DNA of 64,000 bases from Tolypothrix carrinoi HA7290-LM1 (GTDB taxonomy: Bacteria > Cyanobacteriota > Cyanobacteriia > Cyanobacteriales > Nostocaceae): the NCBI GenBank assembly GCA_019358935.1, contig JAHHIK010000014.1, positions 1-64,000 of the forward strand, read 5' to 3'. The notes under the pieces were generated by a model. The model ran no database searches and was not told the DNA's origin. It was given only the letters and a program-made list of their open reading frames with translations. Numbering within the stretch: the stretch's first letter is position 1; each line of letters opens with the position of its first letter. This document shows positions 27,674-38,475 of this stretch, piece by piece. A program made the position numbers and the translations under genes.

Positions 27674-29149
27674 TTATATTTGCAATAAGCGGGCGATCGC
27701 TTGCGGTAGTGGCAGTATAATCAACACCAACAAAGCCATTGCTGCTAACCCCAAAATGTCACGTTTACTATCGAGTTCTGTCACATCGTTTAAAGCGGGT
27801 TCATCAATCAGCGGTATAAATAATAAGATAATCGCCCATAAGAAAAATTCCGACTGTACTAAAGAAAGTAGCAACAGCAACAAACGAGCAACTTGACCAA
27901 TTACAATCGCAGTTCTTTGTCCAAACATCGCATGAACAATGTGACCTCCATCCAATTGTCCCACCGGCATCAAATTCAACGCTGTGACAATTAGTCCGAG
28001 AAAACCTGCGATCGCTACTGGATGCAAATCAATCGCTGATTCTGACGTTAACTGACTCGATAGCGCTAATTTCGACAGCAACGCCAGTAAAATGGAATAT
28101 TTAGGATTGAGCGCATCAGTATTTAACAATCCGTTTTTTTCAGCTAAAGGAACCACTTCAGAATGAGCTAAACCCCATATTAATAAAGGCAAAGTCGCTA
28201 CAAAGCCTGCAAGTGGTCCAGCAATGCTAACGTCAAATAAAGCTTTGCGATTGGGTATCGGACTACGCATTTGAATAAATGCACCGAAGGTTCCCAAGAA
28301 AAACGGCATCGGGATAAAGTATGGCAGTGTCGAGCGAATTTTATAGAATCGAGCTGTTAAATAATGACCAAGTTCATGAATGCCCAAAATGGTCATTAGC
28401 GCTAAAGCATAAGGCAATCCTTTTAACAGATTAACTGGGTTAGATTGCCATGTCGCCAAATCGACACCAGCCATCTTTAGTCCCACGAAGGTAGTAGTTA
28501 CTAAAGTACCAAGCAGTAGTAAAAGTGCTAATACGGGTCGCGTTAGCTGTTCCGGGTTGCGTGTATCAGCTTTTGCAGCTTGAGTGTTGGGAGCGAGAAT
28601 AAAGAAAGGTTTGCCATTGAAACCTTCTTGAAAGATTACTAAGAAGCGATCGCCAAATTGTGCTTCAATATTTGCCTTAATTTTTTGATATGCTTCAGTC
28701 GGTGAGGATCGCAACTGTCCCCGGCAAATCACAGCTTGTGGGCGATACTCAATATTTTGGATGTAGTATACAGACCAGGGAAAACAATTTCGCAACTGGG
28801 TTTCTTCTGTTGGCTCAATGGGACGCACTGTCACTGGTTCTGCGGTAGGATGAGTAGCCGATTGTAATTCTGAGGTTTGGGGTTCGGTCTGTGTGTTTTT
28901 TGGTGCTTGACGCCCCCATTGAAACAACAGCCAGTATAACAGAAGGCAGATAACTGAGGGCCAAATGATTAGCGATGGTGGGGGAGTTTGTTTCGCTCCA
29001 TACATCAGCGTCCACCCGGTCAACAGCAATGCTGGTGTCATTAACACCAACCACAACAGCCACACTGGAGTCTTGGTGATATTAGCGACACTGCGCTGCA
29101 CCATTAGATAAGTAAATAGTCCCAGTAAAAGGAGAAACCAAAATGTCAT
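27674..29149 (-). CDS. Site-2 protease (M50) family
   Basis: HELGH, AGPLAG and NLMPVGQLDGG motifs. Confidence 0.9.
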   Translation of the reverse strand: MTFWFLLLLGLFTYLMVQRSVANITKTPVWLLWLVLMTPALLLTGWTLMYGAKQTPPPSLIIWPSVICLLLYWLLFQWGRQAPKNTQTEPQTSELQSATHPTAEPVTVRPIEPTEETQLRNCFPWSVYYIQNIEYRPQAVICRGQLRSSPTEAYQKIKANIEAQFGDRFLVIFQEGFNGKPFFILAPNTQAAKADTRNPEQLTRPVLALLLLLGTLVTTTFVGLKMAGVDLATWQSNPVNLLKGLPYALALMTILGIHELGHYLTARFYKIRSTLPYFIPMPFFLGTFGAFIQMRSPIPNRKALFDVSIAGPLAGFVATLPLLIWGLAHSEVVPLAEKNGLLNTDALNPKYSILLALLSKLALSSQLTSESAIDLHPVAIAGFLGLIVTALNLMPVGQLDGGHIVHAMFGQRTAIVIGQVARLLLLLLSLVQSEFFLWAIILLFIPLIDEPALNDVTELDSKRDILGLAAMALLVLIILPLPQAIARLLQI

Positions 29150-29345
29150 TTTATCTTCAGATATTTTGAGAACAACGTCCCACCAGAGCGTGTTAGCACC
29201 ACAGCACTTACAACACAGTGCAGACCTCAAACCCCAATTTTTCAGGCTAACAATCTTAAAGTGCTTATTAACTCTTAAGTATCAATTCTTAAGAATTTCA
29301 ACACTGTAACCATTTCCAGAACTGCGATGCGCGGTTTTTTTGCTC

Positions 29346-30044
29346 ATGTGCCCCATACCTCAACAGCCAAATCATACAGTTAAGCCACCACAGGCTGTGT
29401 TCTCTTGGGAAGTTTCGATTGAAGAAACCCTCAAATCGGACTTCGCACCAAACAACATTTATGCCTTTCCACCAAATCGGGACACATTAGGGGGAACTTC
29501 TTATTTTATTGTAGGAAATGAAAGTAATATCTTGATAGACTGCCCTGCTCTAGACCAAACAAATCAGGATTTTTTGCGATCGCACTCTGGTGTGCAGTAC
29601 CTGTTCATCACCCATCGGGGTGCGATCGGCAAAACAGCAGAATTTCAGCAAATCTTCAACTGTGAGATTCTCATTCAAGAGCAAGAAGCTTATCTACTAC
29701 CCGGATTAACCGTCACTACCTTCGCTCACGAATACCCTTTGAATAATACAGCACAAGTGATTTGGACACCAGGACATTCTCCCGGTTCCTCTTGTCTATA
29801 CTACAGCGAACTTGGAGGCGTACTATTTTCTGGACGCCATTTAGTCCCCAACCAGCAGGGCGATCCAGTACCATTACGGACAGCCAAAACCTTTCACTGG
29901 AATCGACAAATTAAAAGTGTAAAGTTTTTGTTAGAACGCTTTACACCAGAAACTCTTCAGTATATTTGTCCTGGTGCCAACACAGGGTTTCTCCGAGGCA
30001 AGCGCTTCATAGATAAAGCCTACCAGCGCCTCGCTAATGGGTAA
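29346..30044 (+). CDS. MBL-fold metallo-hydrolase-like protein
   Basis: NILIDCP, LFITHRG, TPGHSPGS and LFSGRH motifs. Confidence 0.8.
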   Translation: MCPIPQQPNHTVKPPQAVFSWEVSIEETLKSDFAPNNIYAFPPNRDTLGGTSYFIVGNESNILIDCPALDQTNQDFLRSHSGVQYLFITHRGAIGKTAEFQQIFNCEILIQEQEAYLLPGLTVTTFAHEYPLNNTAQVIWTPGHSPGSSCLYYSELGGVLFSGRHLVPNQQGDPVPLRTAKTFHWNRQIKSVKFLLERFTPETLQYICPGANTGFLRGKRFIDKAYQRLANG

Positions 30045-30249
30045 TGGGGAATGGGGAATGGGGAATGGGGAATGGGGACAAGGGGCTTTTTTAAGAGGGG
30101 AAAAGGGGAAAGGGGAAAGGGGAGGCAGTGCGTTGCGGGGGTTCCCCCCGTTGTAGCACCTGCCGGGAAAGGGAAAGAATTATTACCAATGCCCAATGCC
30201 CCATGCCCAATGCCCAATGCCCCATGCCCATTGCCCAATGCCCCATGCC
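30035..30249. repeat. STRR arrays with a 45-nt unit at 30122-30166
   Basis: GGGGAAT, GGGGAAA and TGCCCAA heptamers. Confidence 0.8.
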
Positions 30250-31497
30250 CTAATCCCTTCTTGCCACTAGCGAATTACTCAAAACATCCAGTGCTGCTTG
30301 ATACTGCAAATCGTCTTGCGTACCAATTTGCTCGCGGCTAATTGGATGTTGGGAAATCTCTTTATCCGGTTTAATACCGAGTTTATTTATATCTCGGTGA
30401 TTAGGAGTTTCATACTTAGCAATTGTTACCGCCAAGCCAGAACCGTCCGACAATTCAAATAAGGACTGGATTAAGCCTTTACCAAAGGTAGTTTCTCCGA
30501 CTAGTTGGGCACGACTATTATCTTGCAGTGCCCCGGCGAGAATCTCACTGGCACTAGCAGTTCCTTGGTTAACTAAAATCACTAGCGGATCTGGCGTTAG
30601 CGCTGAACCAGAGGCTTCAAAGCTGCCTTGAATGCCTTGTCGGTTAACTGTGTAAACGATGGTGCCTGAATCAAGCCACATGCGGGCAATTTCAATTCCT
30701 GATTGCAGCAACCCCCCAGGATTATTTCGCAGGTCGAGAATGTAGGCAGCAGCGCCTTTTTTTTCTAGACTAGTAATAGCGTGTGCCAATTCCATTGAGG
30801 CGTTGGCATTAAACTGAGTTAGGCGAAGGTAGCCGATGGGCGTACCCTGAGGGGAAGAATGTAATTCTGCTATTACAGGGTTAAGAGCAATGCGCGATCG
30901 CACTACTCTAAATTCCTTTTCGCCTTCTCCGTCTCGTTCTATCATCAAAGTAACGAGACTGCCAGACGGTCCGCGCATCTTTGCCGCAGCTTCGTCAAGG
31001 GTGAGGTTTTCTGTGGAGATGCCCTCAATTTTGACAATGCGATCGCGCGCTCTAATTCCTGCTTTGTCTGCTGGTGAACCGGCGATGGGTGCTACTACTT
31101 CCAACTTCCCCGATTGGGCATTAAGCGCTATTTGTAATCCCACTCCCGTCAGCTCACCAGATGTATTAACCTGTAAACTGCGGTACTGTTCCGGATCTAA
31201 AAAGCGCGTAAAGGGGTCGTCGAGGCTTTTGAGCATCTTCTGAATTGCCCCATAAGCTGCTTCACTGTTCTTCAGCGGCTTCTTCAAAACTTCTTGCCGC
31301 ACCATCGCCCAGTTTTGATGATTAAACGTCTCATCCAAATAAGTACGATTGACAATACGCCATACTTCTGATATCAGTTTTTGTTCATCCGTCAAAGCTA
31401 CTGCTGGTTGCGCGAGTAGCCCTAGAAATAAGCAAAACGCCACTAGCAGTGACAATCCAACCCGAAAAACCTTTTTGTGCATGAACCGCATTTTCAA
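30250..31497 (-). CDS. ctpA: Carboxyl-terminal processing protease (S41A)
   Basis: PDZ domain, DLRNNPGG, TASASEI and TFGKG; divergent from petB. Confidence 0.88.
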   Translation of the reverse strand: MKMRFMHKKVFRVGLSLLVAFCLFLGLLAQPAVALTDEQKLISEVWRIVNRTYLDETFNHQNWAMVRQEVLKKPLKNSEAAYGAIQKMLKSLDDPFTRFLDPEQYRSLQVNTSGELTGVGLQIALNAQSGKLEVVAPIAGSPADKAGIRARDRIVKIEGISTENLTLDEAAAKMRGPSGSLVTLMIERDGEGEKEFRVVRSRIALNPVIAELHSSPQGTPIGYLRLTQFNANASMELAHAITSLEKKGAAAYILDLRNNPGGLLQSGIEIARMWLDSGTIVYTVNRQGIQGSFEASGSALTPDPLVILVNQGTASASEILAGALQDNSRAQLVGETTFGKGLIQSLFELSDGSGLAVTIAKYETPNHRDINKLGIKPDKEISQHPISREQIGTQDDLQYQAALDVLSNSLVARRD

Positions 31498-31897
31498 CTT
31501 TACTCGTGACCCAAATTGGCAAAAACAGCTTAGTTGCCTTCTTGATTGATGAAATCTATCTCTCGACTATGTTACTTTTTTTATATAAGTGGAGTGTTGC
31601 TCTCATCAATTTATTTAGGCAAATGATGACAGTAAATCCCACTCTGAAAACGATAAGATCTACTTTGTGTCCATCATCCCTGGTGTTGAGGTACAAAGAG
31701 AACGCAATATATTCCCTCTTTGTAAAGTGTCTAAGTTTCTTAACAATTCTTAACACTCTGACAGATAACAAGCAGTAAAATGCTCTTTGCTAAAATCCCA
31801 AAATCCTTAATTGGGACAGAAGTGCAAGCAGCGATTAGCCGCTTAAAACTTCGCAAAATTTATCAACCGCAACCGACTTCGAGGAACTTGAGATTGT

Positions 31898-32545
31898 ATG
31901 GCTAACGTTTACGACTGGTTTGAGGAACGCTTAGAGATTCAAGCGCTGGCTGAAGACGTCACCAGCAAGTACGTCCCTCCCCATGTCAACATCTTCTACT
32001 GCTTGGGTGGCATTACCTTAATGTGCTTTCTCATCCAGTTTGCCACTGGATTTGCGATGACGTTTTACTACAAGCCAACAGTAGCTGAAGCTTACTCTTC
32101 CGTGGAGTACCTGATGAACGAAGTGAGCTTCGGCTGGCTTATTCGCTCCGTTCACCGCTGGTCTGCCAGCATGATGGTGCTAATGATGATTTTGCATACC
32201 TTCCGGATTTACCTCACCGGTGGATTCAAAAAGCCCCGCGAATTAACCTGGATAAGTGGTGTCATCCTTGCCGTAATCACAGTTTCCTTTGGTGTAACGG
32301 GCTATTCGCTACCTTGGGACCAAGTAGGCTACTGGGCTGTAAAAATCGTTAGCGGTGTACCAGAAGCGATTCCTGTAGTTGGCGTTTTGATTTCCGACTT
32401 GCTGCGTGGTGGTTCTAGCGTCGGTCAAGCAACTCTAACTCGCTACTATAGCGCCCACACCTTTGTATTACCTTGGTTAATTGCGGTCTTCATGCTGTTT
32501 CACTTCTTGATGATCCGCAAGCAAGGCATTTCCGGTCCTTTGTAA
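31898..32545 (+). CDS. petB: Cytochrome b6
   Basis: Canonical 215-aa sequence ([12 protein letters not shown]...[10 protein letters not shown]). Confidence 0.99.
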   Translation: MANVYDWFEERLEIQALAEDVTSKYVPPHVNIFYCLGGITLMCFLIQFATGFAMTFYYKPTVAEAYSSVEYLMNEVSFGWLIRSVHRWSASMMVLMMILHTFRIYLTGGFKKPRELTWISGVILAVITVSFGVTGYSLPWDQVGYWAVKIVSGVPEAIPVVGVLISDLLRGGSSVGQATLTRYYSAHTFVLPWLIAVFMLFHFLMIRKQGISGPL

Positions 32546-32721
32546 ACTTAAGTTATTAGCGAAAAAGGTAACAGTTGTCAGTTTTCAGATAGAGATGTTT
32601 GTTTTAAACTTATGAGAAATAAGAAACGAACATTCGCATCTGTAAGCTGAAAGCTAATACCTAATAGCTGATAGCTTTTACAAATGCTTTAACTTAACTT
32701 AAGCACGAGAGCACACAAAAA

Positions 32722-33204
32722 ATGGGAACACAGAAAAAACCCGATCTGAGCGATCCTCAGTTAAGAGCCAAACTCGCCAAAGGCATGGGTCATAATTACT
32801 ATGGCGAACCTGCTTGGCCCAACGACTTACTGTATGTCTTCCCCATCGTCATGATGGGAACCTTCGCCTCTATTGTGGCGCTAGCTGTGCTAGACCCCGC
32901 GATGACAGGTGAACCTGCGAATCCTTTTGCCACACCGTTGGAAATTCTGCCAGAGTGGTACTTGTATCCGGTATTCCAAATTTTGCGGACGGTTCCTAGC
33001 AAACTCTTAGGAGTATTTGCGATGGCTGCCGTACCTCTGGGGATGATTCTCGTTCCTTTTATTGAGAACATTAACAAGTTCCAAAATCCATTCCGCCGTC
33101 CAGTTGCAACCACGGTGTTCTTGATTGGCACTGCCGTTACCCTTTGGTTGGGTATTGGCGCTACCTTCCCAATTGATAAATCTTTGACTTTGGGATTGTT
33201 CTAA
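32722..33204 (+). CDS. petD: Cytochrome b6f subunit IV
   Basis: [17 protein letters not shown] and PEWY motifs. Confidence 0.99.
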   Translation: MGTQKKPDLSDPQLRAKLAKGMGHNYYGEPAWPNDLLYVFPIVMMGTFASIVALAVLDPAMTGEPANPFATPLEILPEWYLYPVFQILRTVPSKLLGVFAMAAVPLGMILVPFIENINKFQNPFRRPVATTVFLIGTAVTLWLGIGATFPIDKSLTLGLF

Positions 33205-33224
33205 ATCAGCCGCCAAGAAGCGCT

Positions 33225-33294
33225 TTGACGCCTGTGAGTTTCAAGAGCAAGTGCAGATGGATGTATTGCCTCTTGAAAAATCAACAGGCGTCAA
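33225..33294 (+). terminator. Long stem-loop after petD (terminator or stabiliser)
   Basis: TTGACGCCTGT...ACAGGCGTCAA enclosing TTTCAAGAG...CTCTTGAAA. Confidence 0.5.
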
Positions 33295-33423
33295 TTTTAG
33301 TAATCCAGATCGCATCTGGAATTTTAAATTTTGGAATAGATGAAAATACTATTCCAAAATCTAAAATCTTTAAGCTACAACAGATACAAACATTTTCACT
33401 CATTTATATTTAAGTCACGGTCA

Positions 33424-33867
33424 ATGCTTAGTATAATGAAGCAAGACCATCTGAGGGTTAAGAGCGATCTGAAGCTTCTGAACCAAGTACAACAATGGTT
33501 TGAGAATTTTTGTCTGCAACACTTGTCTCAACTTGGCTGGTCAGAAAGCCAACTTTATCGCCTCAACTTAGCATTGGCAGAAGGGTTTACAAACGCAGTT
33601 CGTCACGCTCATCATGCTTTGCCGCCGGAAACAACCATTGAGATTGATGTTTCTCTATGGATTGATCGGCTGGAAATTAGAATCTGGGATCATGGAAAAC
33701 CTTTTAATCCGGATGCGATAGTAGAGCCAGAACCGGGCACTTTGCAAGTAGGGGGATATGGATGGTTTCTCCTGCGACGCTTGGCAGACAGCGTTGTTTA
33801 CGAACGTGGTGCGGATGGAAGAAATTGTCTGCTCATCGTCAAATATGGTCAAAAAGGGCAACAGTAG
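33424..33867 (+). CDS. RsbW-like anti-sigma/HATPase protein
   Basis: LALAEGFTNAVRHA, IWDHGKPF and GGYGWFLL motifs. Confidence 0.85.
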   Translation: MLSIMKQDHLRVKSDLKLLNQVQQWFENFCLQHLSQLGWSESQLYRLNLALAEGFTNAVRHAHHALPPETTIEIDVSLWIDRLEIRIWDHGKPFNPDAIVEPEPGTLQVGGYGWFLLRRLADSVVYERGADGRNCLLIVKYGQKGQQ

Positions 33868-34260
33868 GCGCGAAAAATCTTAGAACAAGCAAGAAGCGGG
33901 GAGCGCACCTGGTTTAGGAGGAGAATGCATTCCCTGCTGCCCCTAATATGAAAATTGATAATCTTTATATATCCTGCGCCACTATAAAAATACTGAATTT
34001 TGCTGAATTATTATAAAGACTTAAAACATACGTCTGTATCAAAAAAAATACTGAATACCGTAAACACAGCATTCGAGTTGTAGTCACTCGTTTGCTAGGA
34101 TTTGGCTGCGAGAGACTCTTTTGGGTCGAAAACTGCCTGAGTGACTGTAATTTACGGCAGTTTTGAAACCTTTATAAAGAAGCTTCATAATGACTTTCGA
34201 GTTGTAAAAACAGGCACGAAGCGCTTTGTGCTTCATCACTCTAAGTCAATAAGACAGGAA

Positions 34261-34345
34261 TGAGCGCAAAACATATCGTAAGTAGATAATTCATGAATTA
34301 TCGCACTCGTAAACTAAGGATTCCAAGGTTTTTTGCGTAAGTCCT
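34261..34345. mobile_element. ~85-bp MITE-like dispersed repeat, copy B
   Basis: Reverse complement of 2857-2943; ends in TGCGTAAGTCCT; palindrome GATAATTCATGAATTATC. Confidence 0.65.
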
Positions 34346-34404
34346 ATGAGAGTATTTTCATGCCATTTAGTGCCCAAAGAGATAGAAAGGATAAAAAACA
34401 AGAT

Positions 34405-35391
34405 ATGACTAAAACAGCCTTAATTACAGGAATTACCGGTCAAGATGGCTACTATCTCAGCCACTTGCTGCTTAATCAAGGTTATCGAGTTGTGGGATTA
34501 GTACCCCCCCATCGACAACCAAATTTGGCAAAACTGGGAACCTTGGCACACCAGGTAGAAATTTACACTGTTGATTTAAGAGACACTCTGGCACTGTTGA
34601 CAGCAGTAGAACAACTGCGTCCCCAAGAAATTTACAATTTAGCGGCTCCCAGCTTTGTACCCGATTCTTGGAACGATCCTCTGGGAACTTTGGATTTAAT
34701 TACTGGTACCGCTACCAGGCTATTAGAAGCAGTGCGGCAGGTTGGTTTGTCTACGCGATTTTATCAGGCAAGCAGTTCGGAAATGTTTGGGGATGTAGAC
34801 AGATCGCCTCAAGACGAGGAAACCCCCTTTCGTCCGAAAAATCCCTATGCGGCAGCAAAATTGCACGCCCACTGGACAATGGTACACCATCGACAGCGCT
34901 ATGGTCTATTCGCTTGTAGTGGAATTTTATATAACCACGAGTCGCCTTTACGCGCACCGCAATTTGTGCCGCGCAAAATTTCCTTAGCGGCTGCATCTAT
35001 TAAATTGGGTTTAACCGACACCTTGGAAATGGGCAACTTAGATGCCAAACGCGATTGGGGCTTTGCAGGCGATCACGTCGAAGCCATGTGGCGGATGTTA
35101 CAGGTTGACGAACCAGAAGAATACGTGATTGGCACAGGTAAGCTGCACAGTGTTCGCGAGTTAGTTAGCGCCGCTTTTGAGTGTGTCGATCTGGATTGGA
35201 CGCGCCATGTAGTCATTAACACCGATTTGCTGCGACCGGATGAGCATTTTCAACTAGTTGCCAACCCAACTAAAGCTAAAAACAAACTCGGCTGGCTACC
35301 CCAAGTCAGCTTTGAAGAACTTGTACAGAAAATGGTACAAACAGATTTAGAGCGTTTGCAAAGTGGTGCGTTCGCGAAGCGTGCGCCTTAG
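34405..35391 (+). CDS. gmd: GDP-mannose 4,6-dehydratase
   Basis: GITGQDG, YQASSSEMFG, YAAAK and RDWG motifs. Confidence 0.93.
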   Translation: MTKTALITGITGQDGYYLSHLLLNQGYRVVGLVPPHRQPNLAKLGTLAHQVEIYTVDLRDTLALLTAVEQLRPQEIYNLAAPSFVPDSWNDPLGTLDLITGTATRLLEAVRQVGLSTRFYQASSSEMFGDVDRSPQDEETPFRPKNPYAAAKLHAHWTMVHHRQRYGLFACSGILYNHESPLRAPQFVPRKISLAAASIKLGLTDTLEMGNLDAKRDWGFAGDHVEAMWRMLQVDEPEEYVIGTGKLHSVRELVSAAFECVDLDWTRHVVINTDLLRPDEHFQLVANPTKAKNKLGWLPQVSFEELVQKMVQTDLERLQSGAFAKRAP

Positions 35392-35433
35392 CGCATTCGC
35401 ACCTGCTACATCGTCACCGTCAGTATGAATGGA

Positions 35434-35570
35434 CTGGGGAATGGGGAATGGGTAATGGGTAATGGGTAATGGGGAATGGGGAAAGGGGAAAGGGGAAAGG
35501 GGAAAGGGGAAAAGAACACTTCCCAATGACCAATTACCAATTACCAATTACCAATTACCAATTACCAATA
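35434..35570. repeat. STRR arrays
   Basis: GGGTAAT, GGGGAAA and CCAATTA heptamers. Confidence 0.8.
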
Positions 35571-35599
35571 CCCTAATAATTTATATTTTGTAAATAAAA

Positions 35600-36778
35600 A
35601 TGCTAATTAATAAACTGGACGAAACATCACACTTAAGTGATAAATTTGGCAAAAAGACTCAGCATGTTTTCGTATTCTTAGAAATTTTTGAACGCGAAGG
35701 CGGAATTCAATCGTATGTAAAAGATATTTTTCGAGCTTATAACAAGTTGAGAGAACCCTCACAGGCGGAAGTATTTTTACTGCGAGATGGTTCTGAGTGC
35801 GAAAATCCTTTTGAATCGGAGCATTTAAAATTTCATTACTTCAAAAATCAGTCGCCGAAGTTGGGCAGAGTCAAAATGGCAGCAGCATTACTTAAGTGTC
35901 TGCTGCAACAGCGCCCCCAGCAAGTTTTCTGCGGTCATATCAATTTGGCGGTACTGATACAAACCCTGTGCCAGCCGTTGGGTATTCCCTATACTGTATT
36001 AACTTACGGTAAAGAAGTTTGGGAGCCACTTAAAAGTGTAGAACGTCGCGCCCTAACATCAGCATCTGGGATTTGGACGATAAGTCGCTACAGCCGCGAT
36101 CGCGCTTGTGCTGCTAATAATATAAACCCAAACATTGTGCAGATGCTACCTTGCGCCATTGATGGGAATAAATTTACACCAGGAGACAAACAGCCAGAAT
36201 TAATTGAAAAGTATAACTTAACTGGTGCCAAGGTCTTAATGACTGTAGCGCGATTGTGGTCAGGAGATATTTACAAAGGCGTAGATGTAACTATTCGGGC
36301 TTTACCGCAAATAGCCCAGGTCTTTCCGGAAGTAAAATACTTGGTAATTGGACGAGGCGACGATCAACCGCGATTAGCCCAGCTAGCATTAGATTTAGGT
36401 GTGAGTTCACAAGTTGTTTTTGCTGGTTTCGTCCCTACTTCCCAGCTAATTGAACACTACCGTCTCGCTGATGCCTACATTATGCCCTCCCAAGAAGGCT
36501 TTGGCATTGTCTATTTAGAGGCGATGGCTTGTGGAGTGCCGGTGCTATCAGGTGATGATGATGGCTCTGCTGACCCCTTACAAGATGGTAAACTAGGATG
36601 GCGAGTACCGCACCGTAATAGTGATGCAGTGGCGGCGGCTTGTTTAGAAATTCTCAAAGGTGATGACCAGCGTTGTGATGGCGAGTGGTTGCGAGAACAA
36701 GCGATCGCTATATTCGGTATCGAAGCCTTCCAACAGCGGTTGCAACAACTTTCAAGAGTGAATAAGTCAATAGTCTAG
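35600..36778 (+). CDS. Glycosyltransferase family 4
   Basis: GGIQ, YKGVD and EGFGIVYLEAMACG motifs. Confidence 0.9.
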   Translation: MLINKLDETSHLSDKFGKKTQHVFVFLEIFEREGGIQSYVKDIFRAYNKLREPSQAEVFLLRDGSECENPFESEHLKFHYFKNQSPKLGRVKMAAALLKCLLQQRPQQVFCGHINLAVLIQTLCQPLGIPYTVLTYGKEVWEPLKSVERRALTSASGIWTISRYSRDRACAANNINPNIVQMLPCAIDGNKFTPGDKQPELIEKYNLTGAKVLMTVARLWSGDIYKGVDVTIRALPQIAQVFPEVKYLVIGRGDDQPRLAQLALDLGVSSQVVFAGFVPTSQLIEHYRLADAYIMPSQEGFGIVYLEAMACGVPVLSGDDDGSADPLQDGKLGWRVPHRNSDAVAAACLEILKGDDQRCDGEWLREQAIAIFGIEAFQQRLQQLSRVNKSIV

Positions 36779-36905
36779 AGTCAACACTCAACAGTCAATT
36801 GGATGCGTGGATGCGTGGATTATTGACTATTGACCATTGACTCTGGACTATTGACTGTGTTGCAAACTCGCTATCCTAGAAGGAGAGCAGGACAACATTT
36901 AAAAA

Positions 36906-37277
36906 ATGAGCCTTAAATCCTTACAGTTAAATCTTTTAAATCTCCGCCCTTGGCTGACTGTAGTAGCAGTTATCTGGTTGCTGGGGTCATTGGGCTTGGG
37001 CTGGTTGGTAAATTCGCTGCTAATTATTTTTGGGCTGCTATTCTTGGCACCCGTTTTAGCTTTCTTTGGGTTTCGCTGGTGGCTACAACGCAACTTGGTT
37101 AATGACCAGTGTCCCGTCTGTGCGTATCAATTTAGCGGGTTAAATAATACTCCGTTGCAGTGTCCTAACTGTGGAGAGCAATTATTGGTGCAACAAAAAC
37201 ATTTTCGGCGTTTCACACCAGAAGGGACAATTGATGTTACCGCAGTGGAAGTGCCAGCCCAATCGATTGAAGATTAG
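36906..37277 (+). CDS. Hypothetical membrane protein with a Zn-ribbon
   Basis: Two TM segments and CPVC...CPNC. Confidence 0.75.
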   Translation: MSLKSLQLNLLNLRPWLTVVAVIWLLGSLGLGWLVNSLLIIFGLLFLAPVLAFFGFRWWLQRNLVNDQCPVCAYQFSGLNNTPLQCPNCGEQLLVQQKHFRRFTPEGTIDVTAVEVPAQSIED

Positions 37278-37333
37278 TCAATGGTCAAGAGTCAACAGTC
37301 ATGCATCGGCTTCAGTAGACTTTTGACTTTTGA

Positions 37334-37765
37334 CTACTTCTTTTGTTGCGAAAATGAAAGGCTATAGTTATACTGTCGTTGGGATAGCTCACCGACATAT
37401 ATTGAGTAATTCCCTTTTTGCCAGTAACCTGAAATTTCTGGCTTGCCTCCAGAGTAACTATCCGCTAAAACACAGAAGCGCCCTCCAGGACCGTCAATCA
37501 GCAGTGTCGGCTTTCCAGCGCTTTCAACTGTTAATCGCAAGTAAGGTAGTGGATCTGTAATCTGGATAACTTGATTAGGTGCAGTGGCAATGTTACCGCA
37601 ATTGCTTTTTTTTTCTCCCCCTGACTTGCCATTCACAATCAGTGGTTCGGGTTGGGAATTGGGTTTGATTACTACAAGTGGTGCTTCAGCCAAAGTAACA
37701 TTGGTGAAAACCAAACTCATCGCCAATACTGCGGGAACAACCGTAAATAGCTTAAGCGTCTTCAT
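37334..37765 (-). CDS. Hypothetical secreted protein
   Basis: Signal peptide, Cys pair, GNYSIYVG. Confidence 0.7.
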   Translation of the reverse strand: MKTLKLFTVVPAVLAMSLVFTNVTLAEAPLVVIKPNSQPEPLIVNGKSGGEKKSNCGNIATAPNQVIQITDPLPYLRLTVESAGKPTLLIDGPGGRFCVLADSYSGGKPEISGYWQKGNYSIYVGELSQRQYNYSLSFSQQKK

Positions 37766-38066
37766 CTGCTAATGCCCCGATTTAGATAGCGATATTGATA
37801 TACATAGCTTGAGTTGGTAGACACTGGCAATTGATTTTTTGTTTCTAGGTGTGGCGTATAATTTTTTCTTTGCTAAATAAATCACTACATGACTAAAGAT
37901 TCAAGAAGGTAAATGCGATCGGTGATGGCGATCGCCTAAAAACCAACAACAAAAAAACATAATTTTTCCCTGAAGAGAAAGGTATTTTATACACAGAATG
38001 AGAAAATCAATTGTGATTTTCAAAAATCTGTGATTTCACAAGTATCCTAGCTAAGGTAAAAAGTTT

Positions 38067-38417
38067 ATGAATCCTCAAAGAGAAGATGATTTGCAGCATC
38101 GCCTTCAACAACTAGAGGAAGAAATGAATTCCTCGTCTCCAAAAGTAGTTGTTGAGCAGCCAGAAGCACAAAAACAGACATCTCAGTTGAATTTTCTTGC
38201 CTGGAAGCCGCACTTAGAGAGATTTAAAATCTGGTTCAAAAGCCTTTCAGTCACGGGAAAACTTGCTGTAGGTGGCGTAAGCGTTTTATTGGGTTTGGCG
38301 ATGCTGCAAGCGGTTTTCAAACTCGTTACGTCTGTTATCAGTCTGGCAGTGTTGGCAGGGTTAGTGTATCTTGGATACAAATTTTTTGTGTCCGGTAGCT
38401 TTCAACGCAAGCAATAG
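38067..38417 (+). CDS. Hypothetical membrane protein
   Basis: N-terminal coil and C-terminal TM pair. Confidence 0.7.
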   Translation: MNPQREDDLQHRLQQLEEEMNSSSPKVVVEQPEAQKQTSQLNFLAWKPHLERFKIWFKSLSVTGKLAVGGVSVLLGLAMLQAVFKLVTSVISLAVLAGLVYLGYKFFVSGSFQRKQ

Positions 38418-38475
38418 TATTGTTGTCATCCATAATCGATAGTGGTGTGGAAATAAACTTAAAGGGAATTATGTA

